Shown here in pieces: positions 25,286 through 36,966 of a stretch of 64,000 nucleotides of DNA; position 1 is the stretch's first letter; every line of letters begins with the position of its first letter. The DNA is from Mobula hypostoma (Eukaryota). The stretch lies in the NCBI RefSeq assembly GCF_963921235.1, contig NC_086097.1, positions 73,348,001-73,412,000 on the forward strand, in the 5' to 3' direction. Under the pieces are notes generated by a model. That model ran no database searches. It was given only the letters and a program-made list of their open reading frames with translations, and was not told the DNA's origin. Position numbers and translations under genes: made by a program.

Positions 25286-25784
25286 AAATATTTAATCCTG
25301 TTTTGCTGCTGGGTTCTGTGTGACCTTGACAAGGTAGCATGTATTTCCTGCTTTCAGGTCTTTTGAAAAGGTTTAGTGAGCTGGATTTTGGAGCCCACGT
25401 GGTTGGGATGACAGATTAGAAGGAGAACCAGGTTTCGTAATGTTTTTTCTTTTAGTCTTTTTGGGAGATGTGATTGAGCATAGAGATGCTCCAAAAGTAC
25501 TGATTTTAATTTGTTGCAACTCATGTCACAAATATTGATACTGCATCTGGAGATAGGGCATAAAACTGCAGTGTCCTTGATGTCATCTTGCCTAGAAGTA
25601 TTTTGCAACTTAGCCAGAAAATATTTCATCCTGTTACTGATTTGAGCCTGTAGCATTCTGAAGAGGTTTTGATGGGGTTAAGTAAGCTGCACATGACAGT
25701 TCTGTAGTCCAGATCCTGTAGTTGTTGATGTGTTACATTATAATACAATGATAGACATTGTTTAATCTTTTTGCAAATAAAGTC

Positions 25785-26225
25785 ATAGAAAAGTACAGCA
25801 CAGAATGGACCTTCAGCTCATTTAGTCCATGCCAACCATTTGAGTTATCTATTCCCATCGATCTGCATCGGGACTATAGCCCTGCATACCCCACCACGCA
25901 TGTATATATCCAAACTTCTGTTAAACATTGAAATCAAGCTCGCATGTACTACTATTCTGGCAGCTCATTCCACGCTCTCATGCCCCTCTGAGTTGAGAAG
26001 TTGTCCCTCATGTTCCCCTTAAACTGTCCACCTTTTACCCTTAGCCCATGACCTCTGGTTGTAGTTCCACCCAACCTCAGTGGAAAATTCCTGCTTGCAT
26101 TTACCCTATCTATACCATTCATAATTTTGTAAATCTCTATCAAACCTCCTCTCAATCTCTATATTCCTAACCTATTCAATCTCCGTATAACTCGGGTCCT
26201 CTAGTCTCAACAACATCCTTGTAAA
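25785..26225 (-). mobile_element. CR1 LINE 3' fragment
   Basis: RGGLIEIYKIMNGIDRVNASR...TRGHGLRVKG. Confidence 0.88.
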
Positions 26226-27212
26226 TGATTGAATTCTATCAAAATATTTAAGGTATCAGAAGTTTCAGGCACCAGGACAAGATTCATTTATAACACCAGC
26301 TATAATACTATATGTAGAATTTTAAGATCACAACAGCATGTCATGCTGGGCACTGTGGCCTGAGAAACCTTGGATAGAAATAGTTTTGCTATAATTTGAG
26401 TAAGAGTGAAAATCACACAGGCACTCACTTTCAGCTTCCACATTTGGAATTTGCTATCCATAATGAGTAGTGAAGGAGCTGAGAAAGTTCATAAAAGGTT
26501 GGTGTGGGCCAGCACTAAATGTGGGAAAAGTCATCAAGCAGTGAGGTCTGGCACCTAAGTCCATGAGGTATCACCTCCTACTGTAATCTTGACCAAGCGC
26601 AGAGTCCACTAATGCCCTCAGCTCAGAGCCCTCATGCACTTTGATCCATCAACTCAACTTTATGCTGACCACTATTTGGCAGAATTTATCATTTTTTTTT
26701 AGTATTTGACCTTTTTTGTAAGTGCCTGCTAATTATTAGAGATATTTGAATACTTCAAAGACCTTCACAATATCAAGCTGTTGAAAGGCCAGTAAGGATG
26801 TGCTAAGGGTGGGAACATAGGATACCCCCCATCCATGTTTTGGTAGCTAGTCATGACCTTCTGTAGCTTATGGACTACAGCAGCAAGCCAGATATCCAGC
26901 TTGAACAGGGCGGGAGAAGTAAGTGCAGCCACTGATGGTGGGCTCCATTGAGTAAAGTTAGACAAACTGCATTCAGTTTTGACATTTCAGCTTCAGCCTT
27001 ATCAATTGTCCTTTCAACTGGCTTTCAAAACTTTTAGATAAAATATAAATGGCAGTGTTCAGTCCGTAATCTGACAAAATAATCATAATACAGAATACAA
27101 TAAATAAATTAAAAATTTAAAAAAAGACTAAATACAGGTCATAGACCAACGTATCTTCAATAAAAGTTGCTGGTGAACACAGCAGGCCAGGCAGCATCTC
27201 TAGGAAGAGGTG

Positions 27213-27250
27213 CAGTCGACGTTTCAGGCCGAGACCCTTCGTCAGGACTA
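27213..27250 (-). ncRNA. Minimal type-I hammerhead ribozyme motif (left arm)
   Basis: Reverse complement reads tagtc CTGACGA agggtctcggcct GAAA cgtc gactg. Confidence 0.8.
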
Positions 27251-29102
27251 ACTGAAGGAAGAGTGAGTCAGGGATATGAAAGTTGGAGGGGGAGGGGGAG
27301 ATCCAAAATGATAGGAGAAGACAGGAGGGGGAGGGATGGAGCCAAGAGCTGGACAGGTGATAGGCAAAAGGGATACGAGAGGATCATGGGACAGGAGGTC
27401 CGGGAAAAAAGACAAGGGGGTGGGGGGAACCCAAAGGATGTGCAAAGGGTATATTCAGAGGGACAGAGGGAGAAAAAGGACAGAGAGTGAGAGAAAGAAT
27501 GTGTGTATAAAAATAAGTAACAGATGGGGTACGAGGGGGAGGTGGGGCATTAGCGGAAGTTAGAGAAGTCGATGTTCATGCCATCAGGTTGGAGGCTACC
27601 CAGACGGAATATAAGGTGTTGTTCCTCCAACCTGAGTGTGGCTTCATCTTTACAGTAGAGGAGGCCGTGGATAGACATGTCAGAATGGGAATGGGATGTG
27701 GAATTAAAATGTGTGGCCACTGGGAGATCCTGCTTTCTCTGGCGGACAGAGCGTAGGTGTCCAGCAAAGCGGTCTCCCAGTCTGCGTCGGGTCTTGCCAA
27801 TATATAAAAGGCCACAGCGGGAGCACCGGACGCAGTATATCACCCCAGCCGACTCACAGGTGAAGTGTTGCCTCACCTGGAAGGACTGTTTGGGGCCCTG
27901 AATGGTGGTAAGGGCATGTGTAGCACTTGTTCCGCTTACACGGATAAGTGCCAGGAGGGAGATCAGTGGGGAGGGATGGGGGGGACGAATGGATAAGGGA
28001 GTTGCGTAGGGAGCGATCCCTGCGGAATGCAGAGAGAGGGGGGGAGGGAAAGATGTGCTTAGTGGTGGGATCCCCTTGGAGGCGGCGGAAGTTACGGAGA
28101 ATAATATGTTGGACCCGGAGGCTGGTGGGGTGGTAGTTGAGGACCAGGGGAACCCTATTCCTAGTGGGGTGGCGGGAGGATGGAGTGAGAGCAGATGTAC
28201 GTGAAATGGGGGAGATGCGTTTAAGAGCAGAGTTGATAGTGGAGGAAGGGAAGCCCCCTTCTTTAAAAAAGGAAGACATCTCCCTCGTCCTAGAACGAAA
28301 AGCCTCATCCTGAGAGCAGATGCGACAGAGACGGAGGACCCCTTCTCCCGTCTTCAACCCTCCTCCTCTTCATGGACATCCCGCTCTGGTCTTCTGCCTG
28401 CTCTGGATCTCTTACCTTCAACTGTCGGAGGCAGAGTGCTCTGTCCTCAGTAAGGGCCTCACCTTTGTCCCCCTTCGCCCACACCTCAGCGAGTTCCGTG
28501 TTCGCCATGATGCGGAACTTTTCTTCCGCCGTCTCCGTCTTCAAGCCTACTTCTCCGGCAAGGACTCTTCCACCCCCACCGATGACCCCTTCTCCTGTCT
28601 TCAACCCTCCTCCTCTTCATGGACACCCCGCTCTGGTCTTCTGCCTGCTCTGGATCTCTTCATCCCATTCCCATTCTGACATGTCTATCCACGGTCTCCT
28701 CTACTGTAGAGATGAAGCCACACTCAGGTTGGAGGAAGAACACCTTATATTCCTTCTGGGTAGCCTCCAACCTGATGGCATGAACATCGACTTCTCTAAC
28801 TTCCGCTAATGCCCCATCTCCCCCTCGTACCCCATCTGTTACTTATTTTTATACACACATTCTTTCTCTCACTCTCCTTTCTCTCCCTCTGTCCCTCTGA
28901 ATATACCCCTTGCTCATCCTCTGGGTTCCCCCCCCCCTTGTCTTTCTTCTCGGACCTCCTGTCCCATGATCCTCTCGTATCCCTTTTGCCTATCACCTGT
29001 CCAGCTCTTGGCTCCATCCCTCCCCTTCCTGTCTTCTCCTATCATTTTGGATCTCCCCCTCCCCCTCCAACTTTCATATCCCTTACTCACTCTTCCTTCA
29101 GT

Positions 29103-29140
29103 TAGTCCTGACGAAGGGTCTCGGCCTGAAACGTCGACTG
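29103..29140 (+). ncRNA. Minimal type-I hammerhead ribozyme motif (right arm)
   Basis: tagtc CTGACGA(29108-14) agggtctcggcct GAAA(29128-31) cgtc gactg. Confidence 0.8.
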
Positions 29141-29449
29141 CACCTCTTCCTAGAGATGCTGCCTGGCCTGCTGCATTCACCAGCAACTTTTATGTGTGTT
29201 GCTTGAATTTCCAGCATCTGCAGAATTCCTGTTGTTTGACCAATGTATCTTTCTTTGTTTACTGTGATTATCTGGACACAGGACAAAGCAACATAGAAGT
29301 ACAGAAGGAAACGGTCAAAGCCAATAGAAATATAAAACAGCATTTTAAAAACATTATTGAAATTGGTACTCTTTAAAGTGTCATATACACACCAAAATAC
29401 TTCTGAACTGTAATCGTTATTCTAATTAATGAAATATAACATTTCGGAT

Positions 29450-29910
29450 ACAATAAACAATAGACAATTGGTGCAGGAGTAGGCCATTCAGCCCTTCGAT
29501 CCAGCACCACCATTCACTGTGATCATGGCTGATCATTCACATCAGTACCCTTTTCCTGCCTTCTCCCCATATCCCTTCACTCCGCTATCTTTAAAAGCTC
29601 TATCTAACTCTTTTTTGAAAGAATCCAGAGAATTGGCCTCCACTGCCTTCTGAGGCAGAGCATTCCACAGAACCACAACCCTCTGTGTGAAAAAGTTTTT
29701 CCTCAACTCCGTTCTAAATTGTCTACCCCTTATTCTTACACTGTGGCCTCTGGTGTTGGACTCCCCCAACATCAGGAACATGTTTCCTGCCTCTCGCCTG
29801 TCCAATCCCTTAACAATCTTATATGTTTCAATCAGATCCCCTCTCATCCTTCTAAATTCCAGTGTATACAACCCCAGTCGCTCCAATCTTTCAACATATG
29901 ACATTCCCAC
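29450..29910 (-). mobile_element. CR1 LINE 3' fragment
   Basis: GMSYVERLERLGLYTLEFRRMRGDLIETYKI...FFTQRVV. Confidence 0.92.
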
Positions 29911-30129
29911 CATACAGCAAAACCTTAACCGGAAAATACTTTTAATGATGCTGATTGAGGGATAAAAATTGCTTCAGATCCATCACAGGAGCATTTGTAT
30001 TTGTCTGAGAGAGGATACATTTCACACCCTGATATTAAATGTAAAAAAACACTTTCTGAAGTTAGAAAAATGCCTGATCTTTCTCTTGCTGGATTGATCA
30101 TCCTTATCATTCCAAGAAACAGTTCACTT

Positions 30130-32600
30130 AGAAACATAGAAAACCTATAGCACAATACAGGCCCTTCGGCCCACAAAGCTGTGCCGAACATGTCCTTACC
30201 TGAGAAATTACCTAGGGTTACCCATAGCCCTCTATTTTTCTGAGCTCCATATTTCTATGTTTCTATGTTTACCTGTCCAGGAGTCTCTTAAAAGACCCTA
30301 TCGTATCCACCTCCATCACCATTGCCGGCAGCCCATTCCACGCACTCACCACTCTCTGCGTAAAAAAACTTACTCCTGATATCTCCTCTGTACCTACTTC
30401 TAAGCACCTTAAAACTGTGCTCTCGTGCTAGCCATTTCAGCACTGGGAAAAAGCCTCTGACTATCTACACGATCAATGCCTGTCATCATCTTATACACCT
30501 CTATCAGGTCACCTCTCATCCTCCGTCGCTCCAAGGAAAGAAGGCAAAGTTCACTCGACCTATTCTCATAAGGCATGCTCCCCAATCCAGGCAACATCCT
30601 TGTAAATCTCCTCTGCATCCTTTCTCTGGTTTCCACAAACTTCCTATAGTGAGGCAACCAGAACTGAGCACAGTACTCCAAGTGAGGTCTAACCAGGGTC
30701 CTATGAGTGAGCCAGTAGGATTGTCTGTACCATCTGAGGGGAATAATGCTCATAGTGATTTTTGGCAAGGTATACATCTCTAGAGTTAGAAAGTATGTGA
30801 TAGCATTGCACCAGTGGTAGCTTTATGTGTGCTATCATGCATTTTATAACACTACCTTAAAATAAGCATTTCTGAAAAGTGGCCAATATAAAGTTCAACA
30901 TATATATTCAACCTAGTGGTACTTTGTCACCAGCAATCCCTCAACATTGAAATTTGTCACAATGATAGCTGAGTTCAAGCACTTTTCATCAAATGTTGTT
31001 ATAAAATTCTACATTGAAAACTATGTCATTGGTGGCACTCCAATTTCAGTAGAGTGAATCGTTTCATTTTTAGAAAAATATTTGTCTGTTGTTTATTTTG
31101 AAAAAGTCAATAAAAACCTTAGGACACATATAATCACATGGATTTGTAGAGAACTTATTCAGGAATTCAAATAAGTAATCACTTTTTATATATATTCCAT
31201 ATTAACATCAGTACAGCAGAAAATGTTACCCTGCCCCCAAAACTTTCCACACTCTCTGAGGTGGATGCCTGGTTCTCATAGTCTGTCAGTCTACACATGT
31301 CAGTACACCTGAGGCCATTTGCAACACACATACATCTTGGGAGTGAACATTTTTTTTGGACAGTTACAGGCCAGTAGATCCAGGATGACATCGGGTGCTT
31401 GTTGGCCTTCCATCCAGTGCACCACCAACTGTTCAGCTTCCTCTCTCTCCATCTTCCATCCTCTGTCAACAAGGCTTGGCACTTGTGGGTCCTTCTCCAA
31501 ACATCATCTCCATATACTAGCCTGGTAGTTGACTCGCTGTGCATGTTTTGTTAAGCAGTCCTTGCATGGTAGGAGTTGATGACTTTCAATTTCACCTTTT
31601 TTTGGCACAGAAAAGGTTATACCTGAGCTCATTGACCTTGGTGGTCGATGCTTTTGGGGCATACAGGATATATGTAAATGCCTCCAGTTTGTCCATCAGT
31701 TCTGGGGAGAGGTCCCATTTCTGACCCAACTCTAAGAATGTGTCCTGAGTTTCCCTGTTTCTGGTCAGAAATTTTAGGGCACTTGTCTTCCTTTTGCCTG
31801 CAAAAGTGCTTACAGTGTCACGTCCCATATTTGCGTGCAGCCCGATCAGAGCCCTACAAATCTCTATGCCAACAGTGGCAGCAACCTTCCTGATGTCTAC
31901 CAGCCTTGTATGGGTTCTAGTGCCACCCTTCTGGAACAATGGGGCCTTAATCTAGTCACAAAATGCTAAAGACATGATAAAGACATCTGTGTCTTCTGAG
32001 CAGATCACTACAGATTGGTATCCCCTCTAATGTGGCATGGGCAGCATGGAGAAGTAGGCAGCCATCTGTTTCTACTTGTTGACACTGAAGAGCTGACACC
32101 TCCTCGCTGTCTCGAGATGTGATTCTGTAACATTTGTCATTCACAGTTGCATAGAGAATCTTCACCTGTAGCTTTGCTCTGTACTCCACCTTCCTCCATT
32201 CATGGACTATGAAGCTAATGAGACTATTTTTGTTACTGACTTTGGTCAGGAAGCTCCTCCACTGCCTCACCATCTGTGTGCCTGTGATGCCTTGCAACTC
32301 ATGACCAGTCTGTTCACCCCGTAGAGATCTTTCACTATTCTTGGTAGAGTTCTACACAGAAAGCTACCACTGCTGCAATGCTATCACATATTTTCTAGCA
32401 CTAGGGGTGTATACCTTTCCAAAATCACGATAAGAATTATTCCCCCCAGATGGTACTAGTGGCCCAAATTTGGGGTCCTGGCTCACGGAATATATATATA
32501 TATATAGCTGCAACATTACCTCTCGGCTCCTAAATTCAATCCCACAATTGATAAAGGCTAATGCACCATATGCTTTCTTAACCACAGAGTCAATTTGGTA
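30130..32600 (-). mobile_element. CR1 LINE 3' fragment split by the Academ element
   Basis: IDSVVKKAYGALAFINCGIEFRSREVMLQLY (32600-32500) joins RTLVRPHLEYCAQFW (from 30703 down). Confidence 0.88.
30703..32490 (-). mobile_element. Internally deleted AcademX-type DNA transposon (XPG/FEN1-like nuclease and Cys-rich C-terminus remnants) with ~125 bp imperfect TIRs
   Basis: Minus frames: CQQVETDGCLLLHAAHA, SEDTDV, ALIGLHANMGRDTVSTFAGKRK, LRYNLFCAKK, RVNYQA..W, LACNCPKKCSLPRCMCVANGLRCTDMC; TIRs 30707-30830 / 32353-32486. Confidence 0.78.
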
Positions 32601-34527
32601 ATAAAACTGATAAATTAAGTGATGCACAGGTTTTCCCTTTGAGTGTGTCTCCTGTAAAAGAAAATATTAGTTCACAATTATTTTCTTCATATGAGAGCAA
32701 TAAAGTGCACCCTGTCCACAAGAATGGCTTGGGCATGGTGTTCATGTGTGATGCAAATGGAAAGCAAGTATCTGTATAATTTAGGAGGACCGGGAAGAAA
32801 AATATTCTCACATCTTACTTACTGAAGAATCAAGAAGCAAGTCCAAGCCAAATAGTGCAGAACACCAAGTTTGGAAAAAATAGAAGTAACAGCTAAAGAA
32901 TTTGTGATATTTGTAAAGCAAAAAAAAATACATGAAGGAGAAAACCTGTGGAAAGATGGAGCCAGAACTTCATTAGAGAGGAGCAAAGAGGGTGGTTTAT
33001 CCCTCTGCTGCATTGTTTGTAATGCACTATCAACTCAGTCTCTCCACTTTCATTTGTTCCCAATGCTAGGTGATGCTTTAATAACAGAACAGACCAATGC
33101 TTTTCTACTTAAGGGTTTAAAGTATCTATTTAATATTGTGAAATAGGAAAGAGGTGAAAGAGAAGGACTGGGGAAATAAAAGGCACTATGTAAAATAAGA
33201 ACATTTCTTATTTTACATGTCTCTGATCTAATGAATAGAGACTAAAGCAATTTGTTTGACTTTACTAAAGTAAATTGTGAAGTTTGTTTACTTTTTATGA
33301 TCATAATTATTCGACAAAGTGACTCATTCTACTCTGTATTAAGTTCACACTGAAGGGCTTATGCTTTAGCTAATGTTTATGTGAACTGAGGTTTAATTAT
33401 GCATTCACATTGTTACAGCATCTCACCCAGCTATCCCCTTCTGCTTTATACTTCAGCTTTCAGAAATCCAATTTTCAAATTCCAACACAGTGTATCAGAC
33501 GCTGGTTTCCAGAGCATTTCCAATATAATTTTGTTTTTCTTTTCTTCCAAAGTAAAGTCAATGAAAGTCAATGAAAAAATATAATTGTCATGATGTTGAT
33601 CTTGCTTTAATTAGCTCCAGTCAGGGGAATGCAGGAAAATAGAAGTGGTTCTATGGCAGATTTCCAGTTAAAATCTCTTACACCTTCTATTTCCTCCTTC
33701 TAAACTCCCATCTTTCTGCCTTGAGGTTTCATTGGCAGCCACAATCTTAGATCTGCCTTATCCCCACACCCTTTTGATATGTGTCATTCTCCACTGAGAA
33801 TGACAATTGAGAATGGTCTTAATGAAATTGATCCTTTTGTTTTCTGATGCGTTTGCATCTGAAAGTTTATGAAGAGTGATAAGAGCAGGATGCCTGGCTG
33901 ATTTATTGTAGGAGCCTTGAATTCAGTTTCAGTCTCTGAACCTGAACAAAGAAATGCTCCAAGACTTGTGCTGTATCCAGGCTGCACCTTGATGAAATGG
34001 ACTGAAGATATGGTGGGGATATGAGATCCACTTTCCTTGTATCAAAATTTTTATTACTTTGAGAGACTAATGATTTCCATAAGACTGCAAGCTGTTTTTT
34101 AAGGAGAATATATTCTCCTTTGAAGTCTGAAAGCAGTGATGCTTCACGCCAGTAATACCCTGTAATTTCTCAGAACCGCCATAAATAGTTCTGCCATGCT
34201 TTACCAATAACTGTCTCTGTTCTGTCATTTCCATCCACCCACCTACTGCTAAAACTTCAGCAGAACTGTTGTACCAATGAGTTATCAAGTTTTTACTTTG
34301 TTTAAGGCACAACTATGTTTTTAAAAAAATTGTCGGGAAGTCAGTTGTGAAGGGATGTTTTTGAAGAGATGAGGTGGAAAAGGAATTTTTTTTGTATTCA
34401 CATAGATTAAAAATATACACGTGTAAATACATCAACAAAAGCATTGCTCACAATAAATCAAATTTGGCTGTCATTTCACAGAGACAATAATTAATTAAGA
34501 AGAAGCAGACAAAAGGACACCTGCATT

Positions 34528-34790
34528 TGGTGCAGTGGTGGCAAAGCGGTTAAATTACTGGTTTAGTAGTCCAGAGTCCAATAATACAGATAGCAGAGTT
34601 CAAATCCCATTGTGGCAGCCGTGGAAATTAAATTTAGTTGAACGTTTTTTTTAAGAAAGAAGTCAACGCTACCATATTGCTGTAAGCAACACCTTTTGGA
34701 TCACTCATGTTCTTCAAGGGAGGAAATCTGGCATGCTTACCTGGTCAAGATGGCCTCAAGCCACTCGTCTCAAGGGGAAATAGGATATGC
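34528..34790 (+). mobile_element. Old tRNA-head SINE
   Basis: A-box-like ggtggcaaagcgg, B-box gagttcaaatccc; body shared with 12240-12550. Confidence 0.6.
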
Positions 34791-35049
34791 AGTAATCGTT
34801 TCAGTGTTATCTAATCCTAAAGGATGATTACTTGGAAGAAATGTACAGCCCGTCTCCTGGGTCAGAATCCCATTGCAAATCATGATGGTGCCAAGCTGTG
34901 GTGTCTGACAATGTTGTAGCTGAGACTTTGTAGGTATGTAGGGACGGTTTTGAGTACAGTTTGAGGAGGTAGTGGTTAGGTTAGGGTTTAGGCACAGGGA
35001 AGATGAGGGGGATTTGGAGGTGAGAGGTTGTAAATGAAGATTCTGGGCA

Positions 35050-35980
35050 GGAGTTTGAGTCCAGGTCAAAGCGTGGTTGAATGTCAGCAATCCCAGAAGT
35101 CATGTCGGCAGGCACTAACGAGACCAGCATTTCCCAGGTCGGAGATCGGACCTGGGTTGGAGGTCAATACAGCAAGTCCCAAATCCCAGATATGGGCAGG
35201 AGTCACGAGGTTATGTTCCCACCCCTGGTCACTGGGGTCAGAGGTCTCTGTGAGTCTGGAAGTCAAGGCCTGAAGGTCAAACTGGCAAAGTCCAAAGGGC
35301 AAAGCTATATCCAGAGCATCACAAGTCTGGAGGTAGGAGCCTAAATGTTAAAGACTGAAGGTAGAGGTCTGAAGGAGCTCAGGTCACCAGGGTCAAAGAC
35401 CTGTGGCGTCCGGAGGCCGAAGCCTGAAGGTCAAACCAGTGATCAGTGAGTCCTGGGTGAAGTCCAAAGTTGGAGGCCCGATATCTGCAAGTCTGAGACT
35501 CTGGGAACAAAGACTGGATACCCAGACACGGCCTGTCATGGGACTGAATACCCAGACACGGCCTGTAATGGGATTGGATACCCAGATACGGCCTGTCATG
35601 GGACTGGAGACTCAGACATGTCCTTTCATGGGACCAGAGACCCAGACACAGCCTGTCATGTGACTGGAGACCCAGATACGGCCTGTCATGGGACTGGAGA
35701 CCCAGACACAGCCTGTCATGTGACTAGAGGTCTGTATGTGTGTGTTGGGGGGGTGTCGTTGGGAGGGTTGGGAAAAGGGGGTCACTTTGCTGTTGTTGTT
35801 TTGTTTTATGATTGCTGTTGCTGCTTGTATTGTCCTCTTGAACATTTTTGGCTTGAAACGTTGGTGCCAGAATGTATGGCAACAGTTGTGGGTTGCCCCT
35901 AGTGCATCCTTGGGTGTGCTGGTTAACACATTTCCCTGTACATTTCAATGTACATGTGATAAGTAAATCTGAATCTGAAA
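35050..35980 (+). mobile_element. Unclassified non-autonomous retroposon with low-complexity body, internal minisatellite and (TCTGAA)n tail
   Basis: Ends gtacatgtgataagtaaatctgaatctgaa; related to the minus-strand copy at ~62275-62550. Confidence 0.55.
35511..35728. repeat. 30-bp minisatellite, ~7.3 copies (consensus ggactggagacccagacacggcctgtcatg)
   Basis: Units start at 35511, 35541, 35571, 35601, 35631, 35661, 35691 and (partial) 35721, with no spacers. Confidence 0.97.
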
Positions 35981-36966
35981 TGGGCTGTTGTTGATTCCAT
36001 TCCCAAACACGTCATGGAAGTAATGGGCTAGATTGTCCAGTTGATGTCTGCTGTACTAGTTATCGACAAATTTCAGCTGTAACCAAGCCAACTGCCATTC
36101 TTTGAGCTTGCTGAGTACTTGGGTTTGACAGGGCATTCAAAGGCAGTCTGGGATGGGAAAGGGAAAGTCTTATAACCAGTCAAGCTGGCCATTAATGAAA
36201 TTGTTTAATAGTTGATTAACGTGGAAACCATTGATGATATTTCTCAGCCATGTTATTTACACAAAACAAAGGTCACAATGAGAAATGCCACTTGTGCTTC
36301 TACAAAATGGCAATGCAAGTGTAATTTAAAACATAATTATTTTAAATTATTAAGGCTTTCATTTAGTTACTTACCTGTGCCTTGCAGGCTCATATTTTAG
36401 TCAAACAGTTTTATGGGTCATCTGAACCAAATTCAGATTTCCAAACACCTCAACAGTGTCAAAAATAGAGCTGAAAGTACTCAGGTGCTGAGGCAGCATT
36501 TGTGGGAAGAGGAACCGTTAATATTGCCTTTTAAAGACACTTCATCAGAACCTGTCACGTGGCCTTCCTCTCTCATGTCTCCCCCTCCTGTTCCCATCAC
36601 TCCGGGTGCACTGAATGCTGGGATTGACCTGTCAAGCTCAGTCATACACTCAGCACTTCTGATATACATCAAGCAGTGCAGATTTTTGTTGTGTAAGTGG
36701 CAAGGCAATTATTTGGCACATTACTTCCATAATGCAGCAGCCTGATACAGAGACCCTGAGAGAGATCTGGGCTCTCTCAGCAAAGCCTTTTGGCATTCAG
36801 GCATCCAGTTCTGCAGAAAAAAATTCTTAGCAGAGGTAGATTGCTGAATGACAGGAGTCCACCTGCTGACTTAAAGGCTGGGAGAATTCTTCCTGCCAGT
36901 GGCACAGGGTAGGGCTGGCATAAGAAGGTGGACAGTTTGAAAATGGTTTTCTGAGCAATCACCACC

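Larger units (their letters stand above)
27158..29237. mobile_element. Young Penelope-like insertion with inverted pseudo-LTRs (~535 bp arms), GIY-YIG endonuclease on - strand, 14-bp TSD
   Basis: Arms 27161-27698 and 28661-29192 are reverse complements; ORF 27550-28308 has VIYCVRCSRCGLLYIGKTRRRLGDRF..H; TSD gaccaacgtatctt (27144-57) / gaccaatgtatctt (29238-51). Confidence 0.93.

Noticed and set aside
33782..33805. Perfect 10-bp hairpin tgtcattctc-cact-gagaatgaca
   Set aside because: Too short for a pre-miRNA and plausible by chance in 64 kb; no supporting context.
34528..34615. tRNA gene
   Set aside because: A/B-box-like motifs continue into a SINE body and no cloverleaf can be folded.
35511..35728. 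CRISPR-like array of 30-bp repeats
   Set aside because: Units are contiguous with no unique spacers, there are no cas genes, and the context is eukaryotic; it is a minisatellite.
36365..36425. Minus-strand consensus splice donor CAG|GTAAGT preceded by ATGAGCCTGCAAGGCACAG
   Set aside because: An isolated signal with no identifiable partner exon; cannot be supported.
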